The translations under genes were made by a program, and so were the position numbers. A stretch of DNA of 64,000 nt from an uncultured Gammaproteobacteria bacterium (GTDB lineage: Bacteria; Pseudomonadota; Gammaproteobacteria; CAYGNG01), in the NCBI GenBank assembly GCA_964351225.1, contig CAYGNG010000003.1:20478-84477 (forward strand), in the 5' to 3' direction. The notes under the pieces were generated by a model that saw only the letters and a program-made list of their open reading frames with translations, was not told the DNA's origin and did no database searches. Below are positions 56,612 through 64,000 of the stretch, one piece after another. Numbering within the stretch: position 1 is the first letter of the stretch; every line of letters starts with the position of its first letter.

Positions 56612-57566
56612 GACCGATGTCCTGCTCTCTGAAAAGGCTACTCACAATAGGTAAACACTGCATTTGTAATGTTGGCTCAAATTGCGCTTGGCATTGCACC
56701 AGTTTCGTCAGATCTAAAATGTGGACTTCATTGGAAAATAATTCCGATAATTGTGCAGTGATCGCTGAGCGGTGAGGCACAATGGGCGGCAGCAGTAAAC
56801 ACGCCGGAGCTGGTAACGATAATTGGCTGGTAAAATAATCATAGGTTCGGGTTATTTCTAATATCAAAGAATCTATTATTTTTTTCGTGCTGTCATCACG
56901 ATGACCATCACGGGATAATGCTTGTACCAGCACCTCATAATCCAAGTGAAATCGCCGAGAAAAGTATAAATTGCCATCTCGTGTCATGAGCACTTCACTG
57001 TTTTCTTTCGATAATGACAATATCGCCACGCCTTTGTCATTAGGATAAAACGCGCTGACGTTGCGCAATGCTAACTCGCTGACATCAATAACGTTAACAT
57101 TCAAACCGGCCGCATGAATGGCAGCAACCCCTTTTTGCAAGTATTCTAACGGACAAACCACGGCGACAACTCGTTTACGCGTATTGCCTGGACCATGAGG
57201 TGGGATTTTATAGATATCGATTGCCGCTAACTCAATGGGGTAATCAACCAAATCTTTCAATTGCCAGCGCGCTGCCAACGCCATTTCTTCATCCGGAACC
57301 TTGGGCTCCTCAATTTGAATGGCTTTGTACGCATCCGGCGCCAACACCCAAAACGTCGCAGCACCTTCCAGATGATGCTTTTTAACAAATGTCGCCAACG
57401 TCGCTGTCAAGGTGTCTTCGGTTACCTCGGGGAAAAATTCCACACAAACAATTTTGTATTTATTTTCAACAGATGGTAAGCCATACGCAACCGCTAACCC
57501 CTGATCACGAAAACCCACCGAACAGACTCCAGCCGACTGTGTGCTTGATCGCTTAAAAATGCCCAA
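56595..57566 (-). CDS. mshI: PilM-like MSHA biogenesis protein
   Basis: ARWQLKDLVDYP, IDVSELALRN, LEITRTYDYF; TTG start. Confidence 0.82.
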   Translation of the reverse strand: MGIFKRSSTQSAGVCSVGFRDQGLAVAYGLPSVENKYKIVCVEFFPEVTEDTLTATLATFVKKHHLEGAATFWVLAPDAYKAIQIEEPKVPDEEMALAARWQLKDLVDYPIELAAIDIYKIPPHGPGNTRKRVVAVVCPLEYLQKGVAAIHAAGLNVNVIDVSELALRNVSAFYPNDKGVAILSLSKENSEVLMTRDGNLYFSRRFHLDYEVLVQALSRDGHRDDSTKKIIDSLILEITRTYDYFTSQLSLPAPACLLLPPIVPHRSAITAQLSELFSNEVHILDLTKLVQCQAQFEPTLQMQCLPIVSSLFREQDIGHATTN

Positions 57567-57745
57567 AACTTAAATCCTTTCCTGTTCAGACTCGATCTAT
57601 CATACCTTATTTTGGGCCCTGTATAAATGTGGAACCTCCAAGACCGTTCTGTTCAATAACTATTCTTTATGGGTGGTTTATTTGGCGACATTCGTTGCTT
57701 CGTCGTACAATGGTCCAATTTATCGATGGCCATAAGTGATTTTTT

Positions 57746-58909
57746 ATGCCGAACCCTTTTCCAGATATATACGATATCAACACCATCAAAACGGTTTTAC
57801 TTGAAGATTTACCTCAAGAAAAAATTATTATCGAACAACTTAACCGCTACCAAGAAGGTCGTTGGCATCGCTTCGTTGAATCATTTCCCGTGGTTTTATA
57901 CCGATTCTTAGAAGGGATCGGCTGGACGCTAGGGGTTGCCACCATCGCAGCCCAAGTTTTTACGGCTTTGTCGGTAGGCGTTCCCGTCGCCATTGTCGTC
58001 CCTTTGTGTTTTTTCGTCGGTGTTGTTAATTTATTTAAAGCGGTATACAAACAAATTGAACGCATAACCGAAGCCAATCGATTAAAAACCAAAATTAATG
58101 ATTTGATGATGCAAGTCGCCATTCTTGACTACCACAATGGCTTATTCACTACCGCCATAGGCCGAAAAATCACCGCCCTTAATCGCCGACTCCCATCACC
58201 CGATAACTATTCTATACAGGGCTATAGAAAAAAACTATCCCACATCGAGAAAGAGAAGGGATTACAAGAAGCTAAATTGAATAATGAACTTAACTCCCGA
58301 GAGACCTGGTCAATACCCCAAATTTGTGGCCACTACGCCAAAGAGTTTTTTAATCGTTTCTTTGCTTTCTGTTCGGGGTTTGGATTATCCCTGACGGTGT
58401 TAACGTTTTTCTTACCGTTGATTTTAGCAACCCCAACCGGTTTACCCTTTGCCGCGATATATATCATTTGTACCCTGGTTGGCGTGTTATCCATGATGAC
58501 CGAATACATTGTATCGCGTAATCACGACATGCGCATGGAACGCTTACACCGACAAGATCGCTTATTCACAAACAACCGGGAAATTCATGAGACGTGCAAT
58601 GCTAGCCTCTGGATAATTTATGACGACATCAATAACTATGTCGCCGATATCAATGCCTCCTTGCTCAGTCAGCAAGAAGGAACCACACCAGGCGAAGCGC
58701 CCCCACTTCTTACCCCCACCACAACCAGGTCTTCTCACACACGAACCCAAAGCTATGCCCCCGGGCACAAGCGCTCCCCCTCTGAGTTCTTCTTCCAAAC
58801 CTATGCGGATGGTTATCGCAAGCGCAGCGTTCAAACATTTAATAAAGACGTAACCGCTGCTAATGATAACACCCTAAGAAGATCGCAGTCGCTCTGTGAT
58901 CTGGGGTAA
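57746..58909 (+). CDS. Hypothetical membrane protein, two hydrophobic hairpins each followed by coiled coil
   Basis: Two ~45-aa hydrophobic blocks; Ser/Thr/Arg-rich tail. Confidence 0.75.
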   Translation: MPNPFPDIYDINTIKTVLLEDLPQEKIIIEQLNRYQEGRWHRFVESFPVVLYRFLEGIGWTLGVATIAAQVFTALSVGVPVAIVVPLCFFVGVVNLFKAVYKQIERITEANRLKTKINDLMMQVAILDYHNGLFTTAIGRKITALNRRLPSPDNYSIQGYRKKLSHIEKEKGLQEAKLNNELNSRETWSIPQICGHYAKEFFNRFFAFCSGFGLSLTVLTFFLPLILATPTGLPFAAIYIICTLVGVLSMMTEYIVSRNHDMRMERLHRQDRLFTNNREIHETCNASLWIIYDDINNYVADINASLLSQQEGTTPGEAPPLLTPTTTRSSHTRTQSYAPGHKRSPSEFFFQTYADGYRKRSVQTFNKDVTAANDNTLRRSQSLCDLG

Positions 58910-58938
58910 TTGGTTTTTGCTGAATGGTTACGGTAAAT

Positions 58939-61041
58939 CTACATTCCGCCCCGTAGACTGGCTTTGAATTTTTCCTCCAGCCCCGCCACAATTTTTTGAC
59001 GCAAGAGGACCGCCTCTTCCATCGTCAGGGTTTGCGTTTGCCCATTCAATTCCAAGCGCAAAGCCAGCGCCTTTTTGTCCGCTCCTAACTGTTCAGAACG
59101 ATACACATCAAACACTTCGATACCTTGCAACAATTCACCACCTAATTCTCGCGTGGTTGCCAATAGTTTTCCAGCGGGGATATCCTCATTAAGCACCATT
59201 GAGATGTCGAGCTTGATGGAAGGGAAACGCGGCGGTGGCACTACTTTATAATCTCGAGAAAATTGCGCCATCAACTTATCCAGATCTAAATCAAAACCCA
59301 CCACGCCTTGCGCCGGGATCCCGAATGCTTCGACCACCAACTCATGGAGAGTCCCCACCATTCCCCAACTCTCACCATTCACTACGATATTAGCGCATTG
59401 ACCCGGTCGAAAGGGTGGCTGTTCAACCGCGACAAATTCTGGCGTCAAACAATGACAGCGTTTAAAAAGATCCAGCACAATTTGTTTGGCATCATAGAAA
59501 TCGACACGGCGCACCGTGGCTTCGTGTATGGTGCCAGACTGTATTTTACCGGTTAACACGCCTGCCAATCGCTCGGGCTCAGAAGGCAATGCAGCCGAGT
59601 ACTTTGCCGGTATTTCCGGTAAAAATACCCGGCCGATTTCAAAAATTTGGCAGCTGGTCTGGTAGCGGCTATTAAACGCCACATGCTCAAGCAACCCAGG
59701 CAACAAGGTGCGGCGCAGTATCGACTTTTCATCACTCACCGGATTACGCAATTGCACATAGGCGGGCGTTTTTGATTGTTGCGCTTGGCCGGCCACCAAT
59801 TTTGCTTCCGTGGCCGGTGCCGACATACTATATGACATAACTTCTTGCAAGCCCAACTGCACGAGATGATCACGAATGGATTCTCGAGATTCATATAACA
59901 CGTTGCGTGGATGCGCCGGTATCGGTTCAATCGGCATGGTTTCTGGCAACTTGTCATAGCCATGCAGTCTCGCGATTTCCTCTAGTAAATCACAATCTCG
60001 GGTAATGTCTTCACGTTCAGACGTTATCGTTGCACGAATAATTGTGCCCTCCTCGATGAGTTGGCTGGCAATCCCCACGCGTCCTAAAATAGCCATAACT
60101 TCTTGTGCAGAGAATAGCGTGCCTAATGAGCTATTAATCCTCTCCAACTCAATGTCGACTCTCCTGTCTTGAATGGGCACCGTCAGCGTATCACCGAGCG
60201 CGACGACTTTGGCCTGCGGACAAATTGCTTTAAGTAATTCACAAAAACGCGCAATGGCTTTGGTTGTTAACGCCGGATCCACCCCTCGAGAAAAGCGAAT
60301 AGATGCATCCGTGAAAGTCTTACAGGCTGCTTGCGCGCGGCGAATAGCAATGTAATCAAAGCTTGCCGACTCCAAAAGGATTTTATTGGTTTCCAACCCA
60401 ATCGCAGTGGACCTGCCACCAACGACACCGGCAATCGCCACTGGTTTGTCTTGACAAACAATAATGGGCACACCTTTAGGAAGCGTTAAGGGGCTTTGTT
60501 CCTCCGTCTGAGCCAGGGTATGCAATGTTTCATTTTCCTTGCTTAAACGCACAGCAATCTCGGCGTTAGCCAGTCTATCGGCGTCATAAGCATGCGTTGG
60601 CTGACCAATTTCAAACATCACATAATTACTTAAATCAACCAGATTATTAATCGGTGTTACTCCAACGGCAAGCAACTTCTGTTGCAACCATAACGGCGAA
60701 TCCTCAATCACAACCCCATCAATTAATGCGGCACTGAATCGTCGACAACTGGTTGGGGTTTCAATTCGCGGATGAAGGGTTTGGGGAAAGGCTTCGAGAT
60801 TGGCGTACTGGGGCGCCCCAACATAAACACACTCGGTGATGGCTGCAACCTCTTTAGCAACGCCATGCATCGATTGACAACGAGCGATATTCGCCAAAAT
60901 AGAAAGCGTTAAATAGGCTTCCTCGCCGGATCGTTCAATTTCCTCCACCTCAATCCCGGCTACGGTTAGCTTTTCGGCAAGCTCATCCACTGAAAGATCG
61001 GTAGCAACTAAAGTTTTTAACCACGATAATGGAACGCGCAT
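58939..61041 (-). CDS. pheT: Phenylalanyl-tRNA synthetase beta, short and atypical
   Basis: MRVPLSWL, INNLVDLSNYVMFEIGQPTHAYD, RFSRGVDP, DLLEEIARLHGY, FDX-ACB domain; B2 OB-fold absent. Confidence 0.92.
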   Translation of the reverse strand: MRVPLSWLKTLVATDLSVDELAEKLTVAGIEVEEIERSGEEAYLTLSILANIARCQSMHGVAKEVAAITECVYVGAPQYANLEAFPQTLHPRIETPTSCRRFSAALIDGVVIEDSPLWLQQKLLAVGVTPINNLVDLSNYVMFEIGQPTHAYDADRLANAEIAVRLSKENETLHTLAQTEEQSPLTLPKGVPIIVCQDKPVAIAGVVGGRSTAIGLETNKILLESASFDYIAIRRAQAACKTFTDASIRFSRGVDPALTTKAIARFCELLKAICPQAKVVALGDTLTVPIQDRRVDIELERINSSLGTLFSAQEVMAILGRVGIASQLIEEGTIIRATITSEREDITRDCDLLEEIARLHGYDKLPETMPIEPIPAHPRNVLYESRESIRDHLVQLGLQEVMSYSMSAPATEAKLVAGQAQQSKTPAYVQLRNPVSDEKSILRRTLLPGLLEHVAFNSRYQTSCQIFEIGRVFLPEIPAKYSAALPSEPERLAGVLTGKIQSGTIHEATVRRVDFYDAKQIVLDLFKRCHCLTPEFVAVEQPPFRPGQCANIVVNGESWGMVGTLHELVVEAFGIPAQGVVGFDLDLDKLMAQFSRDYKVVPPPRFPSIKLDISMVLNEDIPAGKLLATTRELGGELLQGIEVFDVYRSEQLGADKKALALRLELNGQTQTLTMEEAVLLRQKIVAGLEEKFKASLRGGM

Positions 61042-61054
61042 GTCAAGCCTACCC

Positions 61055-62077
61055 CTAACTGAATTGATTTAAAAAACGCAGATCATTTTGAAAAATATAC
61101 CGAATGTCTTCAATCTGATGGCGCATTAAGACTAACCGCTCGATACCCAAACCAAAAGCAAGACCTCGCACTTTTCTGGGATCATACCCACCATGCTCTA
61201 AAACCACCGGATGCACCAACCCGGCCCCCAGCATTTCCAGCCATCCCGTGTGCTTACACACTCGGCACCCCGCACCCAAACATAAAGTACACTTGATATC
61301 CACTTCCACGCTGGGCTCCGTAAATGGGAAATAACTGCCACGCACACGAATTTGCTGATGTTCACCAAATAGATGCCGGGAGAACCGCAATAATATTCCT
61401 TTCAAATCACTAAACTTGATCTCAGGACCCACTATCAACATTTCGATTTGATGAAATTGGATTTCTGAACGTGGCGTCACATCTTCATAGCGATAGCACA
61501 AGCCTGGTAATACCACCTGCACAGGCTCAGGGGCAAATTGGCGCATCGCGTGAATTTGTCCCGGCGAGGTATGGGGTCTTAGCACCACCTCATCCGACAC
61601 AAAAAAAGTATCTTGCATGTCGCGCGCCGGATGATCTTTGGGAATATTTAAAAACTGGAAACTCATTTCATCGAGCTCAACATGAGAGCTCTCAAACACC
61701 GTAAAACCCATATTAGCAAAAATGCCGATGATCTCTCTTAGCATCCGGGTAACCGGATGATAGCCACCCGATTGCTTAGCGCGAGCAGGCAAGGTCACAT
61801 CAATCGCTTCGGCTTTAATTCGCTTAGCTAACTCAGCTAATTTAATAGACTCTTGTTGGTGTAAAAACATGGTCTGCAATTGTGCCGCGATTTGATTGAC
61901 TGTCTGACCATATGCCTTACGAGCGACCTCCGGTAACTTACCCACGTTTTTTTTGAATTGGTTTAATTGCCCCGTACGCGCCAGATGACGCTGGTGCCAA
62001 TGACCCAGGCTTGTTAATTCATCCAGTTGCTTCAGCTCAGCGCTTGCTGCTTCGAGGTATTGCGTTAAATCATCCAC
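61055..62077 (-). CDS. pheS: Phenylalanyl-tRNA synthetase alpha
   Basis: HPARDMQDTF, LRPHTSP, FHQIE, YFPFTEPS, AFGLGIERL; probable GTG start at 62077 (track 62134). Confidence 0.95.
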   Translation of the reverse strand: MDDLTQYLEAASAELKQLDELTSLGHWHQRHLARTGQLNQFKKNVGKLPEVARKAYGQTVNQIAAQLQTMFLHQQESIKLAELAKRIKAEAIDVTLPARAKQSGGYHPVTRMLREIIGIFANMGFTVFESSHVELDEMSFQFLNIPKDHPARDMQDTFFVSDEVVLRPHTSPGQIHAMRQFAPEPVQVVLPGLCYRYEDVTPRSEIQFHQIEMLIVGPEIKFSDLKGILLRFSRHLFGEHQQIRVRGSYFPFTEPSVEVDIKCTLCLGAGCRVCKHTGWLEMLGAGLVHPVVLEHGGYDPRKVRGLAFGLGIERLVLMRHQIEDIRYIFQNDLRFLNQFS

Positions 62078-62207
62078 GCTCTTATTTTCCCAGTCTGACA
62101 CAAGAGAGCAAACTATACAGAAATTCCCTAGCACAGAAAACCCAAGCCTTGCGATTTTGGCATCAGTAGTTGAAAATGGTGAAGATTAGCAGGAGAACAT
62201 CACGAAA

Positions 62208-63839
62208 ATGGAACACGAATCCATGGCTGTCGACGTCTTAATTGTGGGTGCCGGACCTTCTGGTCTGGCAAGCGCCATTCGGCTGAAACAATTATGTCAA
62301 GAGCGCGGCCAAGACTTAACCGTTTGCATTCTTGAAAAAGGCTCTACCGTAGGTGCTCATATTTTGTCAGGAGCAGTCTTACAGCCTTGTGCACTCAACG
62401 AATTACTACCCAACTGGCAAGAACAAGATCCTCCGCCCCATACCGCAGTCACCCACGATGAATTCTATTGGTTAACAAAGCATAAGGCGGTGCGCTTACC
62501 AACCCCTTCGCCCATGCATAACACGGGTAACTACCTCGTGAGTTTAAGCCAAGTCTGTCGCTGGCTTGGCACTATCGCCGAGCAAATGGGGGTAGACATT
62601 TTTCCTGGCTTCGCCGGACAAACCGTGTTATTTGACGATAACCACCGCGTGATTGGCATACAGACCGGCGACATGGGTGTGAATAAACACCATAAACCCA
62701 AAAACACTTTTCAGCCAGGAATGAATATTTACGCTAAGCAAGTGATTTTTGCCGAAGGGGCACGCGGCCATTTGAGTGAGCAACTCATCAAGCAATTTCA
62801 ATTGCGTCACCCGCAACAAGTGCAAACTTACGGTCTTGGCATTAAAGAAATCTGGCGGATATCGGCTAGCCACCATCAATTAGGCAAAGTGATCCATACG
62901 GTGGGCTGGCCTTTGGCGAATGATACTTATGGCGGCTCATTTCTCTATCACATGGCTAACCAACAAATAGCGGTGGGATTCGTCGTCGGATTGGATTATC
63001 GCAATCCCTACTTAAGTCCATTCCATGAAATGCAACGCTTTAAGCTGCACCCAAAATTCAAACCCCTATTTGAGAATGGTGAAAGACTTTATTATGGCGC
63101 CAGAGCATTGACTGAGGGTGGGTTTCAAGCCATTCCCAAACTCACTTTCCCAGGCGGTGTTATTGTTGGTTGCAGCGCTGGCTTCATGAATGTGCCTAAA
63201 ATCAAAGGCAGCCACACCGCCATGAAGTCTGGCATGCTGGCAGCGGAAGCCATATTCACCGCATTACAAACGGAACCCAAACCGGCGGCCATCCGCCACT
63301 ACCAAACCGCCGTCGAAAACAGCTCTATCTGGCAAGAGCTCTATCGAGCTCGCAACATTCGCCCCAGCTTCAAATGGGGGTTAATACCCGGCTTAGTTTA
63401 TGCGGCTATTGATACTTATCTTTTCCGTGGGCAAGCACCATGGACTTTCAGCCACCACGCGGATCATACCCAATTACTCAAAGCCAGCGCCGCCAAACCA
63501 ATTGAGTATCCCAAACCCGATGGTAAAATCACTTTCGATAGATTATCGTCATTGTATTTAACTGGCGTGCAACACGAAGAAGATCAACCAAGCCATCTGA
63601 AAATATTAAACGCCAGCGCCCCTATCGATATCAATTATCGACTGTATGACGCCCCCGAGCAGCGCTACTGCCCTGCGGGTGTCTATGAAATTTTAACCCA
63701 TGCTGACGATAAACCGTATCTACACATCAATGCCCAAAATTGCATTCACTGTAAAACCTGTGACATTAAAGATCCAACCCAAAACATTCGCTGGATCGCG
63801 CCCGAAGGAGGCGGTGGACCAAACTATACGGAGATGTAA
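62208..63839 (+). CDS. Electron transfer flavoprotein-ubiquinone oxidoreductase
   Basis: VGAGPSG, GAHILSGA, KGSHTAMKSG, YCPAGVYE, CIHCKTCDIKDP. Confidence 0.96.
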   Translation: MEHESMAVDVLIVGAGPSGLASAIRLKQLCQERGQDLTVCILEKGSTVGAHILSGAVLQPCALNELLPNWQEQDPPPHTAVTHDEFYWLTKHKAVRLPTPSPMHNTGNYLVSLSQVCRWLGTIAEQMGVDIFPGFAGQTVLFDDNHRVIGIQTGDMGVNKHHKPKNTFQPGMNIYAKQVIFAEGARGHLSEQLIKQFQLRHPQQVQTYGLGIKEIWRISASHHQLGKVIHTVGWPLANDTYGGSFLYHMANQQIAVGFVVGLDYRNPYLSPFHEMQRFKLHPKFKPLFENGERLYYGARALTEGGFQAIPKLTFPGGVIVGCSAGFMNVPKIKGSHTAMKSGMLAAEAIFTALQTEPKPAAIRHYQTAVENSSIWQELYRARNIRPSFKWGLIPGLVYAAIDTYLFRGQAPWTFSHHADHTQLLKASAAKPIEYPKPDGKITFDRLSSLYLTGVQHEEDQPSHLKILNASAPIDINYRLYDAPEQRYCPAGVYEILTHADDKPYLHINAQNCIHCKTCDIKDPTQNIRWIAPEGGGGPNYTEM

Positions 63840-63864
63840 TTACCAAGAGAGGGATGCTATAAAA

Positions 63865-64000
63865 ATGGAACGAGACTATCAAGACTCTGTTATTAATCTG
63901 GCAGAGAAAATTCGCAGCAAAGCCATGAGCGCGTTCGAGTTGGTTTCCGCTTATTCAGAGCAAATTGCTCGGATCAACCCTAAAATCAATGCCATCGTCG
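63865..64000 (+). CDS. Amidase-signature family protein, partial N-terminus
   Basis: My translation MERDYQDSVINLAEKIRSKAMSAFELVSAYSEQIARINPKINAIV matches the typical amidase/GatA N-terminus. Confidence 0.7.
   Translation, partial: MERDYQDSVINLAEKIRSKAMSAFELVSAYSEQIARINPKINAIV

Noticed and set aside
146-62879. Numerous short ORFs overlapping or antisense to assigned genes (e.g. 713-991, 2537-2935, 9279-9785, 44917-45363)
   Set aside because: Shadow frames of well-supported genes with no motifs or RBS
1-64000. tRNA, rRNA, prophage, transposase or integrase genes
   Set aside because: No such sequence or protein motifs recognised

Overview
64 kb chromosomal window of a gammaproteobacterium, probably Legionellales/Coxiellaceae-like. 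This is inferred from an LbtU-type porin, the motY-rnt-peroxiredoxin-grxD-sodB synteny and several effector-like orphans. Contents in order: (1) motY-like (partial), rnt, porin, peroxiredoxin, 655-aa orphan, grxD, sodB; (2) Chlamydia-like aroA coupled to a hybrid histidine kinase; (3) a complete tryptophan kynurenine/3-hydroxyanthranilate catabolic cluster (TDO, KynB, KMO, KynU, HAD, ACMSD, AMSDH, RidA deaminase) with an atypical SDR that may be the missing route to 2-oxoadipate, beside a CBS/CGL operon; (4) uup, nrdAB, acyl-CoA thioesterase; (5) an ~11 kb integrase-free hotspot (31.8-42.4 kb) built from three pairs of direct repeats: an mqsRA mini-island, two cassettes with the same 191-bp structured leader and the same 75-bp tail but unrelated effector-like cargo, and a decayed aminotransferase/formyltransferase/GNAT/MATE/NRPS cluster between them; (6) an MSHA-like type IV pilus operon with a four-motif MshEN ATPase, a giant PilX-like adhesin and a terminal Thr-nucleophile membrane transferase; (7) an Inc-like orphan, an atypical pheST pair, ETF-QO and a partial amidase. 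Three families of short palindromic repeats are present, one with a filled/empty site pair showing TA duplication. No rRNA, tRNA, CRISPR, transposase or integrase was seen. Family assignments rest on motif recognition; no database search was run.
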